Positions 10,165 through 19,282 of a stretch of DNA of 64,000 nt are shown here, piece by piece. Below the pieces are notes generated by a model. The model searched no databases, was not told the DNA's origin, and saw only the letters and a list, made by a program, of their open reading frames with translations. The position numbers were made by a program, and so were the translations under genes. The DNA is taken from IMG/VR virus record IMGVR_UViG_3300034072_000758, positions 186,001 to 250,000 of that record. One strand, written 5' to 3'. How positions within the stretch are numbered: position 1 is the first letter of the stretch; the number at the start of each line of letters is the position of its first letter.

Positions 10165-10487
10165 TTAATGCTCCTTGGGCCGAACTTAGCACCAATATTG
10201 TCAACATCAGCATCTAGTAAGACCTTCTCACCGGCTTTACTGATCTTATATACAGAAACATGGCGACTACCTTTTCCAGTTCCGAAACGAACCTTCAAAG
10301 GATTTTCTTCGACCATATCTTTATTTTGGAGACGTTTGATAGCCACGACCACTTGAGCAATAGAAACTTTGCGGCCTTCGACTTCGCTGATGATCTTAGC
10401 AATGTTCGCCGCATACGCTTTATCTTCCAGTGTCTTCACCAGAGCCAACGTGGCGCGCTCAAACTTTTGTAGTTTATCACCGAACAA
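10161..10487 (-). CDS. PadR-like winged-helix regulator
   Basis: AYAANIAKII...QVVVAIKRLQNKDMV...VYKISKAGEKVL; paralogue of 10900-11214; TTG start with AGGAG RBS. Confidence 0.7.
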   Translation of the reverse strand: MFGDKLQKFERATLALVKTLEDKAYAANIAKIISEVEGRKVSIAQVVVAIKRLQNKDMVEENPLKVRFGTGKGSRHVSVYKISKAGEKVLLDADVDNIGAKFGPRSIK

Positions 10488-10488
10488 T

Positions 10489-10521
10489 GAAAAAAATGCT
10501 CCTAAACTTTGTTAGGAGCAT
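10489..10521 (-). terminator. intrinsic terminator whose 3' arm carries the downstream RBS
   Basis: Arms 10496-10505/10512-10521 (ATGCTCCTAA/TTAGGAGCAT), then a T tract on the minus strand. Confidence 0.7.
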
Positions 10522-10549
10522 TCTTATATATTAAGTTAGCGGCTGTCAA
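10521..10549 (-). promoter_or_regulatory. sigma70-like early promoter
   Basis: TTGACA 10549-10544, N17, TAAGAA. Confidence 0.55.
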
Positions 10550-10551
10550 CT

Positions 10552-10890
10552 TTAAAAAACCAACATTCCGTTTACAATTTGAACAGGTATGTATGTAAAC
10601 TCGGTGGCATTGACTGGTTTGATAGCAACATCAACCCATAGTTCATTTGCGGCGATCCGCGCAGGAGTGTTGTTTGTTTCGTCACAGACAACTACATAAT
10701 CTTCGGGAGCGGGAAGACCCGCTTCTTTGACAAAAAGATCGATGAACTCACCGGTAACTTTCGTATTGGATGTGTTCATAAAAATCCGAGAAAGAATATC
10801 GAAACGATCCGGCGCAGGAGTAGCGAACGCCACCGAGGGAACAATAGCGGTCAGTGCGGCAGCACCTATAAAGAATTGACGACGTTTCAT
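10552..10890 (-). CDS. twin-arginine-like signal fused to a tail-sheath C-terminal-like fragment
   Basis: N-term MKRRQFFIGAAALTAIVPSVAFA; C-term DYVVVCDETNNTPARIAANELWVDVAIKP resembles the T4-like sheath C-terminus; AGGAG RBS. Confidence 0.75.
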   Translation of the reverse strand: MKRRQFFIGAAALTAIVPSVAFATPAPDRFDILSRIFMNTSNTKVTGEFIDLFVKEAGLPAPEDYVVVCDETNNTPARIAANELWVDVAIKPVNATEFTYIPVQIVNGMLVF

Positions 10891-10899
10891 AACATACTC

Positions 10900-11214
10900 C
10901 TATTTGGTTGCTAATTTATCCGATTGGATAACCAGACCTTGCCACATACGCAGGGTTTCATCGAAGGATTTACCGCCTTCTTTGGTGACCTTGTAGAATT
11001 TCACCGGGCGACGGCGTGTGTCGATCTGATGAAGCATATGATCGGAGGCTATATACCCCTTCTTCACAAGACGCTGGATTACCACGACCACTTGATCCAA
11101 GCCGACTTCGCGTCCAAGGAACTCCGTCATGAGTCGGGTAATCTGCGCAGGATATGCTTCTCCGTCAAGGAGTGTTATGGTACGCATCACCGCGCATTCA
11201 AAATATTGCATCAT
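10900..11214 (-). CDS. PadR-family transcriptional regulator
   Basis: FECAVMRTI..DGEAYPAQI..QVVVVIQRLVKKGYI..KFYKVTKEG; start moved to the ATG after the AGGAG RBS. Confidence 0.8.
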   Translation of the reverse strand: MMQYFECAVMRTITLLDGEAYPAQITRLMTEFLGREVGLDQVVVVIQRLVKKGYIASDHMLHQIDTRRRPVKFYKVTKEGGKSFDETLRMWQGLVIQSDKLATK

Positions 11215-11224
11215 GGGGTGGCTC

Positions 11225-12079
11225 CTATATGGATCGCATGACGGCGACCATAGCCGCGTCGTCATCTTCTGTAGTCTGAACAAACAACCGAGCAAGTATC
11301 GGGTCTGTCACGTAATGGACGTTCTCTCGAATGATAGATTCGTCGTAACCGTACCCGTGCATGGTGCTGTTATTCCAACAAAACAATTCAACCTTTTGTT
11401 CTCTGCTGAGGACATCGGATAAATGACTCATCATATACAGGCTTTGCCAGCCTATTTCCCGACTACCTGCGACTATCCCCGCCTCGAAGCCTACTTTCAA
11501 AGCATCCATGCTGATATTTGTGAAGTAGCGCAGATTTTGGAAAATATGCGGGGCAAGCGCAATTTGCCCTTCTTCACCGAGTAAATCTTCATACTTCCTG
11601 ATAGTCGGCTCGATGAATTGCTTCTGATAATCCAACATACCCCGAATAGCGAAAATAACCTGATCCCTTGTTGGGTTCTTCACCATCAGAATATAAGAAG
11701 CACTACGCCGCAAATATTCATCATTGACAGCCTCGGTCGGATTTTTAATAAAGGCGTAGCTCTCGGCTTTCTTCTTGACCGCACGAAGCTGTAAATCTTC
11801 CGGCTGATCCTTCATATACCGAATAGCATCCACATCATTGGAAAACGCTGTGCGCTTAACCTGATCGGACGGATTATTGATGTGAGCCAGCATCAACCCA
11901 TTGATGCGGACCAGAGCCAGTCGAATTTTTTCCGCCATAGGCGTGTCGTTATGAAGATCGGCCCAGATTGACCAAATCATTGCGTTAAGGTGATTATCCC
12001 CATACTTATGGATGGGATAGTTGACCTTGAGAATATCCGCTGACATCTTCCTAAGTTCTTCGGTATTAAACATCAACAA
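11225..12079 (-). CDS. helical repeat protein (DUF4116-like I-x-N-P-S/T repeats) with CT-motif tail
   Basis: HINNPSDQV, DQPEDLQLRAV, FIKNPTEAV; ends DDDAAMVAVMRSI. Confidence 0.75.
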   Translation of the reverse strand: MLMFNTEELRKMSADILKVNYPIHKYGDNHLNAMIWSIWADLHNDTPMAEKIRLALVRINGLMLAHINNPSDQVKRTAFSNDVDAIRYMKDQPEDLQLRAVKKKAESYAFIKNPTEAVNDEYLRRSASYILMVKNPTRDQVIFAIRGMLDYQKQFIEPTIRKYEDLLGEEGQIALAPHIFQNLRYFTNISMDALKVGFEAGIVAGSREIGWQSLYMMSHLSDVLSREQKVELFCWNNSTMHGYGYDESIIRENVHYVTDPILARLFVQTTEDDDAAMVAVMRSI

Positions 12080-12951
12080 TTCCTCAGTACAGCAACAAGG
12101 GCTTCGTCCGATTGCGACAGGCCCGCGAATAATTTTGTCAGAGTGACATCCCGAATATAATCCGAGTTTTCGATCAGAATATTCGAGTCATAACCGAAGC
12201 CGAACATGGAGCGATCATATATCTTGAAAAGGTCTACCTTTTGCTCATATGTCAGCTTCGGGGAAACATGCTTGAGATATTCAAAGAACTCTCGCAGATG
12301 AACATAGCTTTCATTCTCGTGAGTTACATGGCGGACATATCGCGTATACGCCAGCGTTAGATCGAACGGCGGATCAACCAGCTTGTCGAAATACCGATAC
12401 CATCTGTTCATGTTCGCCACGAACATCCAAGTCGGAATCAAATGACCAAAGTGCGTAAAGAACCAATCAGTATTTTGGCTGAAACGCTCAATTGCAAGTT
12501 CGATTAATTCCGGCTGAGGATCATCGATGTCCGCCAGATTCTTATAATAGTTTTGTACATGGGCGATCTTCACATCTTCGGACGGATTTATGAAATATCG
12601 ATATAGACCGCGCTTGCGTTGTCTCAGCAACCACAGTTGCTCGTCTTCGTCCTCAACATTCATATACTTCACCAGCCACGGCGTCTTGCGCATGGCGGCA
12701 CGAACAACCGTGCGGGACGGGTTCTTGATATGAAGAAGATTGAAACCGTTGTCGTTGACCAACTTCATTCGAGCTTTAGTGGCAAGAGCTTTACTTGTTT
12801 GGAGGTCAGCCCAGATCGCCCAAATCACAGGAGCATACGGTGTTATACCCAAGGGCCAACCGCGATCCAGTTCCTCATAGGTGAGGGTTTTGATTTGTTC
12901 GAGCTTATACATTAGACCAATTATAGACAGAAAACCAATATATACAAGCAC
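12073..12951 (-). CDS. helical repeat protein (DUF4116-like), paralogue of 11225-12079
   Basis: Shares IWxIWADL; HIKNPSRTV and FINPSEDV repeats; ends SDEALVAVLRNC. Confidence 0.75.
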   Translation of the reverse strand: MLVYIGFLSIIGLMYKLEQIKTLTYEELDRGWPLGITPYAPVIWAIWADLQTSKALATKARMKLVNDNGFNLLHIKNPSRTVVRAAMRKTPWLVKYMNVEDEDEQLWLLRQRKRGLYRYFINPSEDVKIAHVQNYYKNLADIDDPQPELIELAIERFSQNTDWFFTHFGHLIPTWMFVANMNRWYRYFDKLVDPPFDLTLAYTRYVRHVTHENESYVHLREFFEYLKHVSPKLTYEQKVDLFKIYDRSMFGFGYDSNILIENSDYIRDVTLTKLFAGLSQSDEALVAVLRNC

Positions 12952-13346
12952 TAAATGATAGATAATGTCAACAGCATCATTTCTTCATCTAGGTCGGTGT
13001 CTTTGTCAGCTATTTCCAAATGCTGAATATTGATCATGTCTGGACAAATAGAAACAGCGCTCAAAGCTGTGTTTTCTTTTAGAGCGAATGAAACGTAATT
13101 TTTTGGTGTGGGTGTACCATACACCGTCAAAAACAAAATACCACGAATACGGAATTTATCATGACGTATATCAAAATACATTTCACCTTCTTTGTGAAAT
13201 ACACTAACGATATGCTGAACATTTACCTTTTCGTCAACAAATTGCCACGAATGATTAACACGATATGGCTGTTGGTGAGGATTTAATATTTCGTATTTCC
13301 CCTCACCACGCCTGATCATATCTATGATCCAAGAGGGTGAAATCAT
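12951..13346 (-). CDS. CT-motif family small protein
   Basis: Ends DTDLDEEMMLLTLSII. Confidence 0.8.
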   Translation of the reverse strand: MISPSWIIDMIRRGEGKYEILNPHQQPYRVNHSWQFVDEKVNVQHIVSVFHKEGEMYFDIRHDKFRIRGILFLTVYGTPTPKNYVSFALKENTALSAVSICPDMINIQHLEIADKDTDLDEEMMLLTLSII

Positions 13347-13747
13347 TTCGGGGAACTCAACGAAGCAACGATGGTGGGATCAGCCGGGTTCACTGGCTGG
13401 CCTTGGAAGTCCCATACACGCTCACCGTCGCGTTCTGCCATAAGCTCTTGGTCCTTGATACGATCTACGTTGACTATCTCGCTGTTGGACAGTTCGACCA
13501 GATAAGTGTAGGACGGATCGAAAGGCTTGCGCTGATAGTGATGCGTCATGAGAATGATCCGTTCATCAATAAGACGTTGGATCACTTCATGGGGATACAT
13601 TTCCTCGGAGAGAAATCCAGCGATTGCCGCGACATCTGGATCGCTCCCGAAATGTTTCAGGAACGCTTGGCCGAAGCGCAAACCGAGATACAATCCATTT
13701 TGGGTGTAATCCCGGTAAAAGTTTTGGTAATCGCTGGGGTCAATCAT
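13343..13747 (-). CDS. hypothetical protein
   Basis: Coupled ORF containing LRFGQAF. Confidence 0.7.
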   Translation of the reverse strand: MIDPSDYQNFYRDYTQNGLYLGLRFGQAFLKHFGSDPDVAAIAGFLSEEMYPHEVIQRLIDERIILMTHHYQRKPFDPSYTYLVELSNSEIVNVDRIKDQELMAERDGERVWDFQGQPVNPADPTIVASLSSPK

Positions 13748-13748
13748 A

Positions 13749-14684
13749 TCAGGGCTTCCACGATGGGTCGATCATGAGGGTAAGGATGGTATGCGCCTTC
13801 TTCCTCGGCACAGCAAGGGTGTCGGAGGACGATACCAATCCACTCATATAACGGTTGCGGTAAGTGCTGCGTTGCTCGTGAATCGCCTTTGCGGTCGCAA
13901 CGAACTTTTCCTTGATTTGCTTTTCAAGCGTATCGAACGCCTGTTGAACCTTACGGATTTCGCCGCGAAGGTGACTGACATGCTGATTCGCAGCCATATA
14001 GGCATCCGAACCCATCACGACTTCACGTTGACTGGACGCGGTGTCTTGAACCTTCTGTGCGGCGACTTCCAGAGCCTTCTTCTTCTTGAGGAAGTCCCGG
14101 TAATCATTAACCGCATCGAAAAATTCAGAGAAGGACAAGGTGAGTATGGATTGCTTGGCCTTGGCTTGATATTCTGCCACGAAGTCCGCGATCTTTTGCC
14201 GCGCCTCTTCCTCAGTCTTAGCGATTGCTGCGAACTCGTCCTTGCGGATTTCCTGACAGCGCGCCTCAGCAGCAGCCAGCATCCGATGAAGTTTTTCGAG
14301 TTCGACGCTTCGAAAATCCTTCGCTTGGCGGTATTCATCGGTTTGCTGGTAGTACGATGGGTCCAGCAGTTCCATATATTCGTCCAGTTCCTTGCGGATG
14401 ATAGCTTCCCCGGACTCGCGCTGGCGCTTCTGGGTATCCTGATAGACGACGATGGACTTGATCACTTGCTGATAGGTCGGCAAAGCGTATGGCGGAAGAA
14501 GCTGTTCCAGTATCGTCCCATCGACTTGCGAGAAGATAAACGAGAACATGCGAACATTCGTTTCATCCACCTTCAAGGTGAGTGAAGTCATGTTGCGTTG
14601 ATCTCCCACGATGCGCAGGAGGTTGGCCAGAGATCGACCATCCCTGAATGTGATGGCTTCGGCGTTAATGGTAATGCTGGTCAT
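13749..14684 (-). CDS. coiled-coil protein
   Basis: Long E/K/A/Q/R-rich heptad-like stretch. Confidence 0.75.
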   Translation of the reverse strand: MTSITINAEAITFRDGRSLANLLRIVGDQRNMTSLTLKVDETNVRMFSFIFSQVDGTILEQLLPPYALPTYQQVIKSIVVYQDTQKRQRESGEAIIRKELDEYMELLDPSYYQQTDEYRQAKDFRSVELEKLHRMLAAAEARCQEIRKDEFAAIAKTEEEARQKIADFVAEYQAKAKQSILTLSFSEFFDAVNDYRDFLKKKKALEVAAQKVQDTASSQREVVMGSDAYMAANQHVSHLRGEIRKVQQAFDTLEKQIKEKFVATAKAIHEQRSTYRNRYMSGLVSSSDTLAVPRKKAHTILTLMIDPSWKP

Positions 14685-15676
14685 CAGGCTTCCTCAGCTT
14701 CGTATTCCCACGGGTCCATTTTGAAGAAATCGTCGGAGGTAGGGGTATGGTTTGGATTGTGGAACAGGTCGATCAGAAGTTCAGCCATTTTGATTTCCCA
14801 ATCCTGAACAGGATCGACCTTAATGGTTTTTTGATAGCGGGTGATGAAACCTTCCAGTTTCTTTTCACGCGCCGCCGTGTCGATGCGCCACTGAGCTTCG
14901 ATGCGCTTCCCTTCTTCTTGAAGGGCCGCGATCTTTTGCTCGGTATCCTTCTTGAGCAAGGCGCGGGTGCGCTGAATAGAGTTGAGAAGATCGTCGCTCT
15001 TTTCCAGAGCTTCGAGTTCAGCCTTGCGCTGGAAGTACCACTTCTCAGGCGGGCGGCGGATTTGCTCGTAATGGTCCTGATGACCATAATACGTATCAAC
15101 CAGCGCCATAAAGGCTTTGTAGTCAAGGCCGTCGAAATCCACGTCCTTACCGAAATCGTTCATGTTATTGGTGAGGTGGGAGTGAACGTCTTGATATTGC
15201 TTCTTTTGATCACCTTCGAAGTCGCCCCAGATTTCACTCTTGCGAGTGTTGAATTGCTCGTAGAGCGCTTGCTGTTCCTTCGAATGCTCCGAATTGGCGG
15301 CATCAATCTTCGCCTGATGTGCCTTATATTCAGACGAATTGGTCCAGTAAACCGGGAATGTCCGGTACGCGACCTTGGATAGACGAGAAGCGGCATCCTT
15401 GAAGACGCGCTGGCGATCTGCGATCTGCCGTTCAGCACGGCGCATGACGCGCAGCCAGATCGCATTAAAACGCGCTTGCGCATCGTTCGATAGTATACGA
15501 ATGGATTGCTGTCGATCATCGTTCATGGCGAACTTGAGGAAGTTGATGGTCACTTCATCATCTTTCGCCAGAGAGATCAGGCCATTATCGGGGATGTTGT
15601 GCTTCGCACGAAACGTTGGATCATCATACCCATAATATTCCATGTCGAGAAACGTTTGATAGTGTACGAGGGCCAT
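14684..15676 (-). CDS. coiled-coil protein
   Basis: 330 aa, charged and helical; first gene after the promoter at 15709-15737. Confidence 0.75.
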   Translation of the reverse strand: MALVHYQTFLDMEYYGYDDPTFRAKHNIPDNGLISLAKDDEVTINFLKFAMNDDRQQSIRILSNDAQARFNAIWLRVMRRAERQIADRQRVFKDAASRLSKVAYRTFPVYWTNSSEYKAHQAKIDAANSEHSKEQQALYEQFNTRKSEIWGDFEGDQKKQYQDVHSHLTNNMNDFGKDVDFDGLDYKAFMALVDTYYGHQDHYEQIRRPPEKWYFQRKAELEALEKSDDLLNSIQRTRALLKKDTEQKIAALQEEGKRIEAQWRIDTAAREKKLEGFITRYQKTIKVDPVQDWEIKMAELLIDLFHNPNHTPTSDDFFKMDPWEYEAEEA

Positions 15677-15708
15677 ATTTTATCTCCCAAATATATTGAT
15701 ACACTATC

Positions 15709-15737
15709 AACATAACACGCAACAATTATATTGTCAA
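15709..15737 (-). promoter_or_regulatory. sigma70-like early promoter
   Basis: TTGACA-N17-TATGTT. Confidence 0.7.
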
Positions 15738-15742
15738 CGTAT

Positions 15743-16108
15743 CTACTTACTATCCCAATCAACATCTGACGAAAGAAGTTCGCGGACACGACCGAAAACC
15801 TGACCGGAAATCAGGCCGATGTCAGAGGCTTCATAGCGACCCACGAAACGTTCAGCACTCGTCCAGAAGCCTTCCCTGTCGCCACGGGTGCGCTCATGGG
15901 GGTTCTCGTCCCCAAGGCTGGCTCTGAGTTCCCAATGAGCCTTGAAACCATGATGGGTTTCGCCGTCACGCTGAATGGCTACCGCCACGAGGCGTTCGAC
16001 GTTCTTGGGGACAGTCTTAAACTTTACCGGGGTGCGTCCAGCAAGATCATTGAGTCCCTTGGGGCGGCGTTGAAGTTTCACGCTTGTTCTCCGTTTTCTT
16101 GATGTCAA
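15743..16108 (-). CDS. hypothetical phage protein
   Basis: EGFWTSAERFVGRYEA-type motif; function unknown. Confidence 0.65.
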   Translation of the reverse strand: MTSRKRRTSVKLQRRPKGLNDLAGRTPVKFKTVPKNVERLVAVAIQRDGETHHGFKAHWELRASLGDENPHERTRGDREGFWTSAERFVGRYEASDIGLISGQVFGRVRELLSSDVDWDSK

Positions 16109-16538
16109 TCAGGATACACTTCATCTGCCAAGTCAGGGGCAAGAGAAGCTTGGTGTTTTCCGAAAATGGGCGAATTTCGTCAGCCAGTTCGTTGATGTAG
16201 GTTCTGAGCTTTTTCGAATGCGCGTAGCGGATAAGTTCTTGGTTGATCAGTGGCCAGTTTGGTGTGAGGAAGTCTCGGTCGAGGGATTTGATACTGATGG
16301 CCCATTCCAGAGCCGCCATCCCGCCGCGCATGGCTTCATTTAACAAATATTCATGCCAGTCTAGCAGTTTACGTTGGCTTGACTTGCGGAACAAACCCTT
16401 GACCGTGATCGTGTGATCCATGAGTGTCTTGGTCGTAGTTTCCAGTTCGGCAATGTCGAGTTCAACTCTCGCCAAAGTCACAGTCAGTGCGGCACGAAGG
16501 TTCTTGACGCGGAAAGAAACTTGAGTGGTGTCAGCCAT
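16047..16538 (-). CDS. hypothetical protein
   Basis: Likely start MADTTQV. Confidence 0.65.
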   Translation of the reverse strand: MADTTQVSFRVKNLRAALTVTLARVELDIAELETTTKTLMDHTITVKGLFRKSSQRKLLDWHEYLLNEAMRGGMAALEWAISIKSLDRDFLTPNWPLINQELIRYAHSKKLRTYINELADEIRPFSENTKLLLPLTWQMKCILIDIKKTENKRETSTPPQGTQ

Positions 16539-16543
16539 GATGA

Positions 16544-16807
16544 TTACTTTCTGAAAATCCATTTAGCGCCGAATAGCATGGTCGCGCACATGATCGGCAT
16601 AAGGAGGGCGGAGGTATTTTGAGTGAATAGGCCCACCGCTAAAGCGAGCCACAAGACTATCAGTGCCATTATGGCAGCGAAATCAATCTTGTTTTTCCAC
16701 ATTGAAGCGAAGCCGACATCTAACACATGATAGGTCAGGGCAAGCGTTGAAATGCAGGAAAACACCGACAAGAAAACTTGCCCCAGAATGATCCAGTTAA
16801 TTCCCAT
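16544..16807 (-). CDS. small membrane protein
   Basis: Three hydrophobic segments. Confidence 0.7.
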   Translation of the reverse strand: MGINWIILGQVFLSVFSCISTLALTYHVLDVGFASMWKNKIDFAAIMALIVLWLALAVGLFTQNTSALLMPIMCATMLFGAKWIFRK

Positions 16808-17045
16808 CGATCTTCCTCTTTAACTCATTGTATGCGATGTATTGACGAACAAGCATGGCGATGGCCTGAGCCTTCACATCAAAGAGACTGGTAGATTGTG
16901 AATGAAGCGCTTGGATCAGGCTTTCGAAGGCTTCATCTTCGGGCATCGTCCCAGACAACGCACCATCCACGTCGAATTGGATATAATGAGCGATCAATCG
17001 TTCGAACTCGGTGGGTTCTTTCTTATCCACGATTTTCGTCCCCAT
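16797..17045 (-). CDS. hypothetical protein
   Basis: Likely start MGTKIVD. Confidence 0.6.
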   Translation of the reverse strand: MGTKIVDKKEPTEFERLIAHYIQFDVDGALSGTMPEDEAFESLIQALHSQSTSLFDVKAQAIAMLVRQYIAYNELKRKIDGN

Positions 17046-17052
17046 AATGATG

Positions 17053-17412
17053 CTATTCCGAATACTTGAGGATATAGGCCAGCAAGTTGGCTTCCGCTGC
17101 CTTGCGGCCACCAAACCAAGGCAGTTTGATTTTGGGTTTGATACTATTCATTTCCTCGGAAGACATGGTGACGTGTTGGCCACCCTCTTCATGCTTTTTG
17201 CGCTGGATACGATAGTCCAGAACGAACCCATCCCCGACGATCTCGAAGCCGTAGAACCAAGTATCGAACATCTTTTGTGACCAATAGATCAGCAGAAGAC
17301 CGTCCCAACGCAGTTCTTCGCCCTTGACGCCGAAGCCGAAATCAACCTCGTCGGCAACACCTTTTATGCCGAAATTACGAAGCATCTTTTCGAGAGAAGG
17401 TAAATTTTCCAT
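17053..17412 (-). CDS. hypothetical protein
   Basis: Abuts the HD gene. Confidence 0.7.
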   Translation of the reverse strand: MENLPSLEKMLRNFGIKGVADEVDFGFGVKGEELRWDGLLLIYWSQKMFDTWFYGFEIVGDGFVLDYRIQRKKHEEGGQHVTMSSEEMNSIKPKIKLPWFGGRKAAEANLLAYILKYSE

Positions 17413-18033
17413 TTACTTCTCCGATGCTTTGATGAACAGGGTGATCAATTCATGTTGATCCTTGAGGATGCTTTCAAGCGAATAGAACGCATCCATAAAG
17501 ACCGGGTGAAGCCGTCGAGCTTCCTTGAGCATCGGGAGGAAATATACCTGAACTTCTTCGGCATACTTCTTTTGTTTTTCAATAGAGAACTTACCACGGT
17601 TCATGGACTGAAAGTTGTTCTTCCGATCACAACCCTTCACCAGAGCCGTCACCGGGTCGGTGGCAAGCTGGCCGAAGTATGTGGGATAGTCCTTCCAGAG
17701 GTTTTTGTTGAGCCACTGAGCACGACGCCAGTTGTCTTCGCCGAAATTCTGAATGTACCACGATGGAGGCAGAGCTTCGGGATAGTCTTCCGGGGTATCA
17801 TGAAGCAGGGCGCAAATGATCACGTCTTCGAGGATCGAGTCAATCCCCTTGACGGTCATGAGGTGAAGGGCGATTTCGATCTGGTGTTGAAACTCAGGGG
17901 TTTCACCATCCTTACGAAAATCCTTGTGGATTTTGCGGGCCGTTTCCAGAGCTACCAGTGCGCGCGTATAGTTCGCACCGAGAAGGCGGAACTTGAGAGC
18001 GATGTAGAGCTTGGAAAACTTGGTGGCCGACAT
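17413..18033 (-). CDS. HD-domain hydrolase, SpoT/Mesh1-like (p)ppGpp hydrolase family
   Basis: ARKIH..RKDGETPEFQH..ALLHDTPED..VKGCDRKNN. Confidence 0.85.
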   Translation of the reverse strand: MSATKFSKLYIALKFRLLGANYTRALVALETARKIHKDFRKDGETPEFQHQIEIALHLMTVKGIDSILEDVIICALLHDTPEDYPEALPPSWYIQNFGEDNWRRAQWLNKNLWKDYPTYFGQLATDPVTALVKGCDRKNNFQSMNRGKFSIEKQKKYAEEVQVYFLPMLKEARRLHPVFMDAFYSLESILKDQHELITLFIKASEK

Positions 18034-18064
18034 ATTTTATCCCTTCACATGATCTAAGAATACA

Positions 18065-18093
18065 TGTGTAACAGGATTATCCAATATTGTCAA
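18065..18093 (-). promoter_or_regulatory. sigma70-like early promoter
   Basis: TTGACA-N17-TACACA. Confidence 0.55.
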
Positions 18094-18103
18094 CCTATCA
18101 ATA

Positions 18104-18481
18104 TCATTTGGTCAGCAGTATATTACTGATGAACTCTTCGACTTCTTCGACAGACAATGAAGACTTGATGTTCACAAAATGGGACCGAAAAACTGGATAA
18201 CCATTATTATCGTTCGCAAAATAATGTGTATAAAGAATACGTATCCCATCGGCTATTATTAGTGCGGAGAAATGTATTCCACTGTAATTAGGAATCATTG
18301 TTCCTATAACGGTGGATCGCCACTTAAGTCTTATGTCTCGATAGCTGTCTCTAAACTCTACACTTCTACCCGCATATCCTCGCTTGATACTTCCTGTATA
18401 GACACACGAACTTTTGTGGCGAATAACAGCAACGAGGTCATCCCACACACTTTCCGGTAAGGTGTTTTTAATTCTACGCAT
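18104..18481 (-). CDS. CT-motif family small protein
   Basis: Ends SVEEVEEFISNILLTK. Confidence 0.75.
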   Translation of the reverse strand: MRRIKNTLPESVWDDLVAVIRHKSSCVYTGSIKRGYAGRSVEFRDSYRDIRLKWRSTVIGTMIPNYSGIHFSALIIADGIRILYTHYFANDNNGYPVFRSHFVNIKSSLSVEEVEEFISNILLTK

Positions 18482-18938
18482 CTTGAAGCAACGTAGTCAT
18501 GAGAAGTTCTTCAAGTTCTTCGAGAGGAAGGCTCGTTTTAATACTGGCGCGGGGAGGTAAACTCTTAACACGAAAAGACATGAATGGTGTTACGGTTGCA
18601 TTTGGGTAAGACGGATCAGTACCTACTGACCAAATTTTCTCAATTACATATGGTTCATAAACATAAATTTTATATTCTTTAGCCAATATCAAGTGAGTAT
18701 ATCGTAAACCAGTATCCCGACCATCTTGATGCGTTTTCTTATTAGCTCTTGTGCGGACTATTATGCCGTCCAACTCCAATCGCATAATCCGCATACTGCG
18801 CCTCTGATACAGCGAATTTGACCAACTATCTTTCTCGGAATCGGTCATTTGGTTATAAATGCGACGGCTCATGAAGCAGCAAAAATTTTGCCATTTTTGT
18901 GGATCGATGGTACTTAGGGCACGACGCATCACAGACAC
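18474..18938 (-). CDS. CT-motif family small protein
   Basis: Ends LPLEELEELLMTTLLQDA. Confidence 0.8.
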   Translation of the reverse strand: MSVMRRALSTIDPQKWQNFCCFMSRRIYNQMTDSEKDSWSNSLYQRRSMRIMRLELDGIIVRTRANKKTHQDGRDTGLRYTHLILAKEYKIYVYEPYVIEKIWSVGTDPSYPNATVTPFMSFRVKSLPPRASIKTSLPLEELEELLMTTLLQDA

Positions 18939-19282
18939 TCTATCGCCAGATAATCTTCAAGTTCTTCACAGGAGCATCGGAGGCGCAGTCTACCCTTTGG
19001 TATATAATCTTCGCTCGTGAGACGGTGAAGCGGCACAGTCCTGCGACCATGTGGTATGTCACTCAAATCGATATGTATCATCAACGTAAACTTGGCGCAG
19101 ACGATCACAACCCTTCGCGTATCATAGCCGGTAGATTCACGATCCATCACAACCGTGTCTCGGATAGTTATATCCCCTCGTTGCGCCGTGAAATAGGCGC
19201 TGAACTTATGGAACTCAACTTTATCGCGGTCGAACCGTCGCGTTAAAGCTTGGAGCACTTTGAAGGGGATGAAATTCTTCAT
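18929..19282 (-). CDS. CT-motif family small protein
   Basis: Ends CSCEELEDYLAIECL. Confidence 0.7.
   Translation of the reverse strand: MKNFIPFKVLQALTRRFDRDKVEFHKFSAYFTAQRGDITIRDTVVMDRESTGYDTRRVVIVCAKFTLMIHIDLSDIPHGRRTVPLHRLTSEDYIPKGRLRLRCSCEELEDYLAIECL

Noticed and set aside
13791-15382. Long plus-strand ORFs 13791-14585 and 14747-15382
   Set aside because: Antisense shadows of the coiled-coil genes; Leu/Phe-rich composition typical of reverse-complemented Glu/Lys codons.
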